A stretch of DNA of 64,000 nucleotides, taken from a virus. Shown piece after piece: positions 40,427 to 50,459 of the stretch. Under the pieces are notes generated by a model that saw only the letters and a list, made by a program, of their open reading frames with translations, made no database searches and was not told the origin of the DNA. The stretch lies in the IMG/VR virus record IMGVR_UViG_3300045256_000567; one strand, written 5' to 3'. Made by a program: the position numbers and the translations under genes. Numbering within the stretch: position 1 is the first letter of the stretch; every line of letters begins with the position of its first letter.

Positions 40427-42382
40427 TTACGCTAGATCAAAGGAAACCTTCATAGTAGCAAGAATAAATTTAATTTCGGTTACAGGCTGATAGAAGAATT
40501 CTACATAATATACTGTTAAATCATCATTATGAGTTACGGTAACATCTCTAAATGCAGATATTTGCTGACCAGTAAGCCCAGATAGTAAGGTTTCTACATA
40601 TCCTTTTATTTCGTTAGCAGTTCTTTGTCCATAGCTTTCTCTACCAATAAATTGTTCTTGTACATTCTTATAAACATATACATTCAAGAAGTCGTCAATT
40701 CTACGTAACACCATTTCTTGGAAACCTTGTGTAACAGGACCAAGCCAAGAAGTTGGGTTATGATGAATTCTATAAACTGTTGCACCAAATGAATTCTTAA
40801 CTTTTTCTACAAATAAAATTCTATTAGATATTAGAGTATCTTTTTGAGAAAAGTTCCAATTATATAATGGATCTGCTCCAAGTCCACCAACTGGAAGGAA
40901 AGTTATACTTTCTTGTGGCTCTCTGTTGCAATGTAGGCCCGCAATGTAAGAAGCAAAAAACTCTCCTCCAAGGAGTTCGGTTGTTCCTGAATCATTTAAC
41001 ACAGATGAGTAAAATGGAAATATAATAACTTGCGCTCTATCGGTTCCACCAAATAATGAAGAAGCAGTGTTAAGCACTCCTTTATCATTTAGATATTCGT
41101 CAGTATTAACGCTTTCATTTGGAGATGGCGCGGGGAATCCAAAAATTCCGATTCTTGGCTTTCTTTTATTTACTTGGGACATTGTAGTTATATGAGCCAA
41201 GATGTAAGAAGAAATATTTTTAAAGAAGCTAATTCTAGTATTTATATTATCTTCTTTCTTAAATCTATACGCAGGTACAACAAAGTTAATTTCTTCTTCT
41301 TCTAAAGCACTGAGTCCGGTTAACCAGGAAGAAATAGAATTAGCTGTCGTTGTATAATATCCAGTACCATCGTCCCCATTAGATCCTCCACTTAGCGAGA
41401 AAACTCTAGTTGTTAAAATATAACTGTTAAAAGGTTGTGTCAGAGTTCTTATTGTGTATTGGGATTTTATAAATAGATTAGTTGTACTTAGATCTGTAAA
41501 GGTTTTATAATTTGTTCCATCAAAGAAAGTAGCAACAGTATTATCAAATAGTAATGGGTTAGAAAGTAAATCGGAAACAGTTCCAAATACAGTGGATACT
41601 AATCTGGATTTTTGATATCCAAAAAGACCTCCGTATACTAATTCATAAATCATTAGTCCTAGGGGTATTTGTACAGGAACATCTGGATCGTTATAGTTAG
41701 TACGTGTACTAAATATTTGTACATAATCAGTTGGTAAAAGTTGATCTTTTAGTAGATTTATTAAAGTAGTTTGCCAACTGCTTCCAGTAGCTAACGCTGC
41801 ACTAACAATAGCCTTATCTACAAAGAAAAGAGTTTGGTTTCTCTTTACTAAAACGGTTGGGTAATTGAATGTTAAAGGAAATGAATAAACTTCTTTAGTA
41901 AGCGAAAAATCCGGATGTTTTTGATATATTGTAACAATAAGCGTATCGTCGTTTGGACTGCTTGTAAAATTAGTATCTAGTTCAAAAGAAATATAAATTT
42001 GATTAGATTTGTTAGATTTTTCGTAAGATGTAAACAATAATTTATTTGTGTTTGTTGTATCCGTAGCATCTACTTGTACTGGAATTTGTATATATGATTC
42101 AGCGGCACCTAGTCCTATTCTTATAGCAGCTACTTCACCAGCACCACCTATAAAGGCTGCTTTAATATGATCTAGAAGTGGGCCTCCTTTTAGTATAGAA
42201 GCAGCTTCTTGATAAGAAGTAAATTTGTAAACTTTATTAAGTTCTCCACCTTCCGCTAATCCCAATAAAGCAGTGATTCCTGTTCCAACTCCATTTATAG
42301 TTCTAACCGCACTTAGGTCTGTTTTTACATAAGTACCTAGTTGTTTAATTAATTTTCCATCAAAGTATACTGTTACCGCCAT
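40427..42382 (-). CDS. contractile tail sheath protein
   Basis: LLGLAEGG, LSGGSNG and C-terminal YVEFFYQPVTEIKFI. Confidence 0.9.
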   Translation of the reverse strand: MAVTVYFDGKLIKQLGTYVKTDLSAVRTINGVGTGITALLGLAEGGELNKVYKFTSYQEAASILKGGPLLDHIKAAFIGGAGEVAAIRIGLGAAESYIQIPVQVDATDTTNTNKLLFTSYEKSNKSNQIYISFELDTNFTSSPNDDTLIVTIYQKHPDFSLTKEVYSFPLTFNYPTVLVKRNQTLFFVDKAIVSAALATGSSWQTTLINLLKDQLLPTDYVQIFSTRTNYNDPDVPVQIPLGLMIYELVYGGLFGYQKSRLVSTVFGTVSDLLSNPLLFDNTVATFFDGTNYKTFTDLSTTNLFIKSQYTIRTLTQPFNSYILTTRVFSLSGGSNGDDGTGYYTTTANSISSWLTGLSALEEEEINFVVPAYRFKKEDNINTRISFFKNISSYILAHITTMSQVNKRKPRIGIFGFPAPSPNESVNTDEYLNDKGVLNTASSLFGGTDRAQVIIFPFYSSVLNDSGTTELLGGEFFASYIAGLHCNREPQESITFLPVGGLGADPLYNWNFSQKDTLISNRILFVEKVKNSFGATVYRIHHNPTSWLGPVTQGFQEMVLRRIDDFLNVYVYKNVQEQFIGRESYGQRTANEIKGYVETLLSGLTGQQISAFRDVTVTHNDDLTVYYVEFFYQPVTEIKFILATMKVSFDLA

Positions 42383-42450
42383 GTTATTACCTCCTTCTAA
42401 TATTTTAGAATGTTTGTTTGGTTTTTTTGAGCACCTAGATGTTCGATTTT

Positions 42451-43095
42451 TTAAATTTCTACATCAATTTGCAACATATATTCAGTAGTTATCACATCTT
42501 GTATTAATGGTATATTTGATCCTTCTGCTGGTTTTGTAGCAAATATTAACCTTTTTCCTACAACTTTAATATCTCTATAAAATAAAGCATGATTAATTAT
42601 TAATTTTTCATCTTGGTTGTCATTATAAGAATCTATATAAAAATCTGTTAAGCCCCTTTTTAAAAAATATTGCGTTTCTTGCGCCAAAAATAAAACTCTT
42701 ACTAATAAATCCCCTAAAATATCTCTATCTATAGGATCGAAAGACCATGTTAATACAGATATATTGAAATTTTCTAAATACCCGTATTTATCGCCCCTTA
42801 ATACGTTACCCAAATATTTTTGTAAGCTCTGATTATTTAATAAAACATTAACTCCTCTTTTATATTTAAACATTAAATTTGCATTATCACTATTTTGTCT
42901 AAATGCGGAGAAAAAGTTTTCAGTTGGGAAAGAAGTAGAAATGATTATAGAATCATTTAATTTTATATTCGAAAAAATATTTTTTAAATATTCAACTATT
43001 ATAAGTTTTGGATTTGCATAAGTAAAAACTTTCAAATCAGAATCTTTGTTTTCTCCAATAAATTTAAGATCGTTTAAAGAATAAGATTCAGCCAT
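42451..43095 (-). CDS. putative tail completion/terminator protein
   Basis: Position between neck and sheath genes. Confidence 0.45.
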   Translation of the reverse strand: MAESYSLNDLKFIGENKDSDLKVFTYANPKLIIVEYLKNIFSNIKLNDSIIISTSFPTENFFSAFRQNSDNANLMFKYKRGVNVLLNNQSLQKYLGNVLRGDKYGYLENFNISVLTWSFDPIDRDILGDLLVRVLFLAQETQYFLKRGLTDFYIDSYNDNQDEKLIINHALFYRDIKVVGKRLIFATKPAEGSNIPLIQDVITTEYMLQIDVEI

Positions 43096-43097
43096 CC

Positions 43098-43763
43098 CTA
43101 GCCCCCGTTAACTTCTATTAGAATATTTTCTAATATTTTTTCAATATCTTCGTTTGAAGATGAGTTAATTTTATATTCTTTATTTATAGTAGATGTCACT
43201 TCAGTGTATTGTTTATCGTTAAGATTAATATCTTTATTTCCTTCCGCGACTCTGGTGGCTAAGTAGTGTGTAGATACTTTAAATGTTTTATAAAGCATTC
43301 CTGCTAACCAAATATCTTTTGGTTCGTTATCAACAAACACTATAGTAAATACTGTATTATTAGATGAAAAAATTTCAAATTTATCTCTAACTAGAAAGAT
43401 ACGATCTCCATTTTTGTATGTAAGCATTTTTACTGGAACTTCAGAAGGAACAACCATTCTAAATGTATCATACAATATGACACCTTCCCTCTGTTTTCTT
43501 GGCTCATCAGGATTATCAATTATAATTGCTCTTATTTCTTTAGGTTCATTATAAGTCACACCACTCCCTCCGCATATTGGACAGTTTATGGATGGGGTTA
43601 AGGTTCTTTCGTCTATACAAGGATTACCGTTAGGGAATTTATAATTACATACATTTGCAGAGTAATAATTTATTCTATAGCCACCCATAAAAAAGGCTTT
43701 TTCTATAATATTTTTAGAAATTTTATATAATCTTTCTGAAGGGAATTCTTTAAATTTAAACAT
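43098..43763 (-). CDS. putative neck/head-closure protein with Cys cluster
   Basis: C..C..CPICGGSG motif; follows the capsid gene. Confidence 0.5.
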   Translation of the reverse strand: MFKFKEFPSERLYKISKNIIEKAFFMGGYRINYYSANVCNYKFPNGNPCIDERTLTPSINCPICGGSGVTYNEPKEIRAIIIDNPDEPRKQREGVILYDTFRMVVPSEVPVKMLTYKNGDRIFLVRDKFEIFSSNNTVFTIVFVDNEPKDIWLAGMLYKTFKVSTHYLATRVAEGNKDINLNDKQYTEVTSTINKEYKINSSSNEDIEKILENILIEVNGG

Positions 43764-43781
43764 TCTAAATATATATTAACT

Positions 43782-43820
43782 AAAAAAATAGAATAATCCG
43801 CCTATACGGGCGGATTATTC
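43782..43820 (-). terminator. intrinsic terminator after capsid gene
   Basis: GAATAATCCGCC/GGCGGATTATTC stem followed by a T tract on the minus strand. Confidence 0.85.
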
Positions 43821-43835
43821 ATTTGAATAACTAAT

Positions 43836-45251
43836 TTATACTATAGGTGATTGTCCTACGTTAACAATAATGAAGTTAAATTCTGGTGCTCTGGAGAATA
43901 CAGAAGCAACCTTCCATACTACATAGTCATGAGTTAGGGCAGGTGGTAGTCTATATAGCTCCATACCAATCCAGCTAGCCATTGTAGTTACATTGTAATC
44001 AAGTCCTAATACTGAACCAGTACCAGGAATCTTTTGCCATCTGTAAACTCCAGTAGGAGTAGTTACAGTTTCGTGACCATCATCAATCCAAGTAAAGTCA
44101 CCGTTAGTAGTAGATACCTTTACTCTCTTGTAAAACTTGTATTCGCTAGAATTTGGGTCTTGTCTATATACATCAAGCCACTTTACATTAGTTAGTCCGT
44201 GGAAGTCAAACTTTACAGCTTTGTTTGCGTCTGAAGTTGTAAAGCTTGCTGTAGCGTACTTTGCCGCACTCTCACCATAGAAGTTAGCGGCCTTAAATGC
44301 ATATCCATACGCAGTAGCGACGCTAGCGCTTCCTAGTCCTGTTGGGTAAGCGCTTGCTTGAAGTGATGGAGATGCGACGTCTATAGTCCAAGAAGAAGGT
44401 GGCGAAGCAAAGTCACCCACTTCAGCACCGAAGCGAGCGGGGTTAAACTTATGGAAATCACCAAGGAATTGAGAAGGATATAGAGTGTGTTCTCCACGAA
44501 TACCAATGTATGATTGAGCATCAGCACCAAGAAGACCGGCGCGTCTATCAGAAGTATTCATTACTCTTGCAATTTGATAGAAAGAAGCTTGTAGGTTTAG
44601 CTTGTCAATATAAGAAATAAATACTGCGGTTGGATTAGCGAATGCTTGAGTAGATACAACTTTAGATTCTGCTTCCCAAAGTAGGTCAATAGTTAGAGGA
44701 GCACCTTTAGCGTCAAGAACGTTTTGTGGAGCACCTCTCTTAATAATATTTACAAGTCCGTCTTGTTGTAGGTTGTTTGGAGACCCAGGAACATCGTCAC
44801 CAAGAGTGCTATCGCCATAGAAAGCTAAATATTCAAATTCGTTTGCTACAGCGATCATCTTTTCACGTTTAGCAAGTTCGTCAATTTGCATTACACCGTT
44901 TTGAGTGGTACGGGTAGCCAACTCAGTTACAGTAATACGGTGCCCAACAAGCATTGGCCTGATTCTTCTTCTTGCTACTTGTACCTCTACAGTTCTAGGT
45001 AGACCCCCCTCTCTAAAGGCAGCGAAACCAATTTTATCATGACGTGCAGTTACAACGTTGTATTCGTGCTCATAAGCACGAGCTTTTACAGAATTTTTAG
45101 AAAGCATGTCAGTAAGAGGAGTGTCTAGTACGTTTAGTTGAGTAAGCTCACCTTCTAAGTCCTCTCTTTCTAAACTTTCTGCTACTTGACCAGCGGCGTT
45201 TAGCGCCTTTAATGTTGCTTCATCTAAATGTTTTAAATGTTCATATGGCAT
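43836..45251 (-). CDS. major capsid protein
   Basis: SLEREDLE, FREGGLP, EYLAFYGD and QQDGL; strong RBS; own terminator; follows the protease gene. Confidence 0.88.
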   Translation of the reverse strand: MPYEHLKHLDEATLKALNAAGQVAESLEREDLEGELTQLNVLDTPLTDMLSKNSVKARAYEHEYNVVTARHDKIGFAAFREGGLPRTVEVQVARRRIRPMLVGHRITVTELATRTTQNGVMQIDELAKREKMIAVANEFEYLAFYGDSTLGDDVPGSPNNLQQDGLVNIIKRGAPQNVLDAKGAPLTIDLLWEAESKVVSTQAFANPTAVFISYIDKLNLQASFYQIARVMNTSDRRAGLLGADAQSYIGIRGEHTLYPSQFLGDFHKFNPARFGAEVGDFASPPSSWTIDVASPSLQASAYPTGLGSASVATAYGYAFKAANFYGESAAKYATASFTTSDANKAVKFDFHGLTNVKWLDVYRQDPNSSEYKFYKRVKVSTTNGDFTWIDDGHETVTTPTGVYRWQKIPGTGSVLGLDYNVTTMASWIGMELYRLPPALTHDYVVWKVASVFSRAPEFNFIIVNVGQSPIV

Positions 45252-45310
45252 ATTTCTTTATACCTCCCTTAATAAATAATAACGCATGTATTTGAATATT
45301 TTTCACAAAA

Positions 45311-46876
45311 CTACTCCGAAATCTTTTTCTTAGATTTATAGTTCCTATAAATTAACTCAAATTCATTTTGATCTAAGTCGTATGCTGATTTTACGTACTC
45401 TACAAGCTCCTTTTTCTTTTCGCTAATTTGATATGGACTTCCTTTAAAATCAAGGAATTCTTGCATTCTTCTCTCTAGATCATTTACTTTAGACTTATTT
45501 GAAATAATAGATTTCACTTTTTGTTCAAAATTTTGGTCCATTAACCCTATTTCGGGATGAGAAGAATTTACTCCTACCTTAAATGATTTTGTAGTAGGAA
45601 TATTTTTTACTTCTTCTTGTAAAGATCCTAGACTTTTTGTTACGTTAGAAACTTCCTTAGAAACAAATTCTTTTACTTCATTTAATAAAGCAGATTTTAG
45701 TGATTCAAATTTTTCATCAAGACTATTTGTATTATTATAATTTTTTGCTGATTCCAGTTGATATTCAATAAGATCAACAGCACTCTTTAATGTTTTTTCT
45801 ATAGAAAAAAGATGAGATTCTATTTTTTCCATCCTGTTTAATACAGATTTTAATTCTTCGGTACCTACAGAAGGTGTTTCTTCAATTTCTTCTGTTTCTT
45901 GTTTTTCTGGTCCTCTATTTAATACATCATTTAACTTTTCTTCAATAAAATCTAGTTTGTCCAGAATATAATTAAACATTACTTTTTCTTCTTCAGATTT
46001 TTCTAAGTCTTCTTCAACTTCAGTTTCTTCTTTATTTTCCATTTCATCTTCTGGTTTTTGATCCATATTTTCTAGTTCTCTATTTTCATTGTTTTCTTCT
46101 TCTGGAGATTCGTCAGATAGATCTAAACTTAATTTATCTTTTTCATCGAGGTTTTCTTCTTTATTTTTTAGTCTGTCCTTTAATTTTTCTTCCATGTTTT
46201 TATCCTCCAACGCTTTTTCTATAGTATTATATAAACTTTTTAAGATTTTTACATAAGTATTTATATTTATTGGTTGACCAGTAACAGACACCTCATAAAG
46301 TCTCATTTTTGGTGGTACATTTACATATGAATTACCAATTACTTTTGTAGTAGGTTTCCCCATAGGAATTGCCCCTATAGACAAACCTATTTTATTAAAA
46401 AATCTATTATCATCGTTTGTTAAATGCTTATAAACTTTTTGAGCCAATTCATGATTTTTATCTAAAAGTATCCAAACGTAAAGTTTATTTTCATGAATTT
46501 CTGCGGCTATAGGTTTACCTATTGGAACGTCTATATCAAGGTGCTTGTTTTTATCGCCAGCATGTTTGTATCCATGCTCATAAAAAATTTTTCCATTTTC
46601 TACAAACTCTCTTAAAGAATCTCCAAAAGCATATTGCATATCAAGTATTGAATCATTTACTAAATCAACATCAGGGGTAGAAGCTGTACCAAAAAGAATC
46701 CAATCTCCAGGAATTACACTAATTTTATCGTTTTTTACAAAAATGTCTCCTTTTATTGGTTTTATTTCTGGAGTAACATTGTTATATGAATTTTCTGTAA
46801 CGTTATTTTCAGAAGGAAATGATTGTAAAGCTTTAAATGAAGCGTATAAAGGTATATGAACTATGTTATTTTTCAT
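45311..46876 (-). CDS. prohead protease fused to scaffold-like coiled-coil region
   Basis: GTASTPDVDLVND, FYEHG, PIGKP, GLSIG and LYEVSVTGQPIN, then an acidic helical C-terminal half. Confidence 0.85.
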   Translation of the reverse strand: MKNNIVHIPLYASFKALQSFPSENNVTENSYNNVTPEIKPIKGDIFVKNDKISVIPGDWILFGTASTPDVDLVNDSILDMQYAFGDSLREFVENGKIFYEHGYKHAGDKNKHLDIDVPIGKPIAAEIHENKLYVWILLDKNHELAQKVYKHLTNDDNRFFNKIGLSIGAIPMGKPTTKVIGNSYVNVPPKMRLYEVSVTGQPININTYVKILKSLYNTIEKALEDKNMEEKLKDRLKNKEENLDEKDKLSLDLSDESPEEENNENRELENMDQKPEDEMENKEETEVEEDLEKSEEEKVMFNYILDKLDFIEEKLNDVLNRGPEKQETEEIEETPSVGTEELKSVLNRMEKIESHLFSIEKTLKSAVDLIEYQLESAKNYNNTNSLDEKFESLKSALLNEVKEFVSKEVSNVTKSLGSLQEEVKNIPTTKSFKVGVNSSHPEIGLMDQNFEQKVKSIISNKSKVNDLERRMQEFLDFKGSPYQISEKKKELVEYVKSAYDLDQNEFELIYRNYKSKKKISE

Positions 46877-46887
46877 ATTATATATAA

Positions 46888-46915
46888 ATTATAACACACG
46901 TTTGCAGAAAACCTA
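46888..46915 (-). promoter_or_regulatory. promoter motif copy heading the protease-capsid operon
   Basis: TAGGTTTTCTGCAAACGTGTGTTATAAT. Confidence 0.75.
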
Positions 46916-46935
46916 TGTATTTTAAAAAGAAATTT

Positions 46936-47292
46936 TTAGTCTTCTTTTAAATCCTTAAAAAAGTTCGGAAGATTATTAAACAAATCAATTAAGGGATTAT
47001 TTTTGTCTAAAAATCCTTCTAATGATAAATTACCATTAAAAGAAGATAAAGATGTAATACCAAAAGAAATTCTTGTACTTAAGGTTTCATCAAAACCATA
47101 AGTTACAACAGTAACTGTTTTAGAACAATCTCTTATGACACTAAACTGTCTATTGATAACTGACATTATTGCAATATTCCCAAGAGGAGAATCACTATTT
47201 AATAAAGTAGTTATTCCATATAAAGGAACTGTTGGATAATAATTGTTAAAAAATGATACATTTATAGCTGGCATTTTAGGCGTATGGTGCAA
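46936..47292 (-). CDS. hypothetical protein
   Basis: Operonic ORF; the start may be the second ATG (MPAIN). Confidence 0.55.
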   Translation of the reverse strand: MHHTPKMPAINVSFFNNYYPTVPLYGITTLLNSDSPLGNIAIMSVINRQFSVIRDCSKTVTVVTYGFDETLSTRISFGITSLSSFNGNLSLEGFLDKNNPLIDLFNNLPNFFKDLKED

Positions 47293-48196
47293 ATGTGAAA
47301 TTTAGAAGTACTCTTTTTGTTGGAGCGTCCTCACTTATATATCTAAATAATAAAAATGGATAATACGTTTGGTTTCTAAATGGTGGGACATTGTTATATT
47401 GTGGTTTTAAATTGACAGGGCCATTATTTTCACTTACCGAAGTTATGCTTGTTTGACCATAATTGATTAAATTTTGTACAGCCAAAACAAAATTTCCAGT
47501 AGTGGGGTCTATATTATCCATAAAATCATTTGTATTATTTGATTGAAGAACAGAAAATCTATATTTAATAATTTGATTAAAAAATCCCAACTGATTTGAA
47601 TATGTTGGATTATTTGTAAGAAACATAGTATTGTAGGAGTTAGAGGTACCAGCTATAGCATTTAAATATGCTGGTTTAGATGGATCATTAATTACGGTTT
47701 GGTGTATTATAGGTGCTGCAATAAAAATTCCATAATCTGGTGTACACCTTGAAGTATCAACAGAAAAAATTGGATTTGAAAGTATAAAATTGTTTTCGTT
47801 ATCTACGTTTGGATCTATTACTGTTGTATTAACAAAATACAATACTATAAAATCTATGTAATATCTTTTTCCATTAATTATATAAGGCCCATATCCATTA
47901 CATGATATGTTATCTGGAGAGGTTAAGCATGCAGAACTTCCTACATATAGATTCGAATTATTAAATTGCTTTATAAATTCCAAAAATTTTATCTTATATG
48001 ATGTTGTATCTTTATAGCCTATTAATTGAACATTTACTTTTTTTGAAGGATCTGGAAGTCCAATACTATTTAATTCATTTACATACGCCCATTCATAATT
48101 TGGATTTAATTGAGATGTTGTATTTATTATTATAGACCCCATTGGATCTATTACCGTATTTTGTCCATAAAATAGTGAAAATGTTTTGTCTGGCAT
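47276..48196 (-). CDS. putative virion protein
   Basis: 306 aa, Asn-rich, behind a motif promoter. Confidence 0.55.
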   Translation of the reverse strand: MPDKTFSLFYGQNTVIDPMGSIIINTTSQLNPNYEWAYVNELNSIGLPDPSKKVNVQLIGYKDTTSYKIKFLEFIKQFNNSNLYVGSSACLTSPDNISCNGYGPYIINGKRYYIDFIVLYFVNTTVIDPNVDNENNFILSNPIFSVDTSRCTPDYGIFIAAPIIHQTVINDPSKPAYLNAIAGTSNSYNTMFLTNNPTYSNQLGFFNQIIKYRFSVLQSNNTNDFMDNIDPTTGNFVLAVQNLINYGQTSITSVSENNGPVNLKPQYNNVPPFRNQTYYPFLLFRYISEDAPTKRVLLNFTFAPYA

Positions 48197-48207
48197 ATTC
48201 TAAAACA

Positions 48208-48235
48208 ATTATAGCACAGTTTGCAGAAAGCCTAC
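48208..48235 (-). promoter_or_regulatory. promoter motif copy (outward-facing from the MITE left end)
   Basis: GTAGGCTTTCTGCAAACTGTGCTATAAT, identical to 24251-24278. Confidence 0.75.
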
Positions 48236-48409
48236 ACCTTTATGTGTAGGATGAATGCAAACAAATTTGGATACGTACCTATACCTGCACCAAATGCAAC
48301 ACAACCCTTCATCGGGATATTGCAGCAGCACAAAATATCTTGGCTAAGGCTCTGACAAAGTCTTCGCTTCTTGCGAGAAGCCCAATTCTTTAGAATTGGG
48401 AGTCGTCAC
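48213..48409 (+). mobile_element. non-autonomous IS605 derivative: left end fused to tnpB 3' end/omega-RNA and right end
   Basis: TTAT|AGCACAGTTTGCAG-AAAG-CCTACAC/GTGTAGG hairpin, then 48266-48409 matching 18924-18781 with 7 differences in 144 nt. Confidence 0.85.
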
Positions 48410-48410
48410 A

Positions 48411-50459
48411 TCACATGGCGCTTAAAGAAAATTTAATATTAAAATTATTTTGAGTCTCTTTATTATTTAACAAAATAAGAAGTATGTATGTAAGATATGC
48501 ATTTGTATTTAAATTTCTTATAGCTAAGCTTATAGTTGTAGAATTTGTTGAAAAGAAGTATAAATTTTCAATTTTACTTGATAAAAGTTTCATGTAGGTG
48601 TGTATATAATTTAAATAATTTGTTTTAGTAGATAAATTTGGATAAATAATAATATTCCCATATTGATTTTGTACTGCTCTAAAAATTCTAGAATCTATCT
48701 CTAAAGTCGAATTATTACTAAGGTTTGCAGTTATATATGGATATGGAAATGCGGCGACTACATTAGAACCATTTAATAAAATTTTGTTATTTATATTAGT
48801 CGGTGCAGATGAAGTAGTAAATTGTACTATATATTTTCCCTTTAAATAATCTATTACCATTGATTGATTAGTCAAACCAAATTGATTAAAAAGTGAACTT
48901 AAGTTAATGTTAAAAAGGGTATTAGTTGCAAAACTGTTCCAAAAACCGTTAATAAAAATCTTATTAAACAAAGCGTTGATATCTGTAGAAGAATTTACTA
49001 AGGATAAGGTATTTGCATTGAAATTATAAAAAACTTCGGATATATATCTTGCTAAATTTGAAAAATATGCATATAATAAAGGTGTTATAGATGTAATGTT
49101 ATTAATAGATATAAACATATCTTTACCAGATAGAGAATAAAAGATTGTAGATATAGTAAGGGTCAATATGAAATCTAATTCGTAAGAATCATCAAGATTA
49201 TTAAAGTTATTTATTTTTTCGGTCGCATCAACATAATAAGTAATATGAGAATCTAACCAATTCTCTAAAGAAGTTAGTGATGTGGGTATTGTAGATATAT
49301 ACCCTTTATTTTGTAGTTTATATACAAACTGTACAAAAAATTTAGAAATTAAATAAAAAGAAACGAAATATTTATTTTTTTCATCTTCAGAAATATTTGC
49401 GCCATAAAAAACTCCGTTTGCTAGATCTATATTTTGTTTAATTACGTTGTTAGAAAAGCCATTTGAAAGAAGACTATAAAGTAAATTTGATATTTTTTCA
49501 ACATTATTATATGCAGTTGTAGCATAATATCCAAGATTAATTAAATATGGCTTTGTAATTTCATATATGACAAAATACAAAAGATTTTTAAAATATTCTT
49601 TTGAATTTATTACTCCAAGTACTGAATTTGTCTGTAAATTTAATGTATTAAATATTATATTTGTAGAAAAGAACGGAAAAGTACCAGAAGATACTGTAGA
49701 AATTAGACAATTAGAAAGTATATTTTTTTCATAGTTTAAAACAAATGAGTTTAAAGATCCGTTTGCTTCTTTTTCTAATCCATTCGCGACTAACTGAAGA
49801 AGGAGAAGATTTTTTATATCCCAATTATTATTTTGTAATGAACCTGGATTAATTAAGAATAAAACATCCCCAAGTGCATAAGACTCATAAAACTTCGACA
49901 AATAAAAATTATAATCGCTTTCTAAAATAGAGACAAAAGATTTAGAAGAATCGTATAAAATTTTTTCTATTCTGTAAAATTTATTTCTTGAAAAATTCTC
50001 TGAAGATTCTACTTCTTGATAATAAACAGAAAAATTTATATTAGCTTCTTCTTGTGGCTTTATTGAATACGGAACCAAAAGAAATTTATTTTGTAATTCA
50101 TCGCTATTGCTAAAATTTATTATTAAATCTATATCATCAGAAAAAATAACTCCAATATATGAATCTCCAGAAATAGCATTATTATCAGAGGAGAACACTA
50201 CGGATGAGCTATTGTTTACGGTTGCATTTATATAAACAGGCTTATTATCTGATGGGAATATAGAAGGAGACATGCTAACTTTAAAGACTAAAGTTTTTGG
50301 GTATCCGGGAGAATTAATTGGCAAATTATTTTTTATGTTAATAGTAAAGTTGAGATTTGAAGTATCTTCGTCTAATGGAACAAAATATTGATAATATTCA
50401 GTATCAAAATCAAGTTCTTCGGTTACCCCATTTTCTGTTATTAATTTAAGTCTAAACAT
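48411..50459 (-). CDS. putative baseplate/tail-associated protein
   Basis: 682 aa in the operon led by the baseplate J-like gene. Confidence 0.55.
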   Translation of the reverse strand: MFRLKLITENGVTEELDFDTEYYQYFVPLDEDTSNLNFTINIKNNLPINSPGYPKTLVFKVSMSPSIFPSDNKPVYINATVNNSSSVVFSSDNNAISGDSYIGVIFSDDIDLIINFSNSDELQNKFLLVPYSIKPQEEANINFSVYYQEVESSENFSRNKFYRIEKILYDSSKSFVSILESDYNFYLSKFYESYALGDVLFLINPGSLQNNNWDIKNLLLLQLVANGLEKEANGSLNSFVLNYEKNILSNCLISTVSSGTFPFFSTNIIFNTLNLQTNSVLGVINSKEYFKNLLYFVIYEITKPYLINLGYYATTAYNNVEKISNLLYSLLSNGFSNNVIKQNIDLANGVFYGANISEDEKNKYFVSFYLISKFFVQFVYKLQNKGYISTIPTSLTSLENWLDSHITYYVDATEKINNFNNLDDSYELDFILTLTISTIFYSLSGKDMFISINNITSITPLLYAYFSNLARYISEVFYNFNANTLSLVNSSTDINALFNKIFINGFWNSFATNTLFNINLSSLFNQFGLTNQSMVIDYLKGKYIVQFTTSSAPTNINNKILLNGSNVVAAFPYPYITANLSNNSTLEIDSRIFRAVQNQYGNIIIYPNLSTKTNYLNYIHTYMKLLSSKIENLYFFSTNSTTISLAIRNLNTNAYLTYILLILLNNKETQNNFNIKFSLSAM

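Noticed and set aside
18781-48409. CRISPR array formed by the GTCGTCAC hairpin repeats
   Set aside because: The copies are dispersed, occur in both orientations and have IS right-end structure; there is no regular repeat-spacer spacing.
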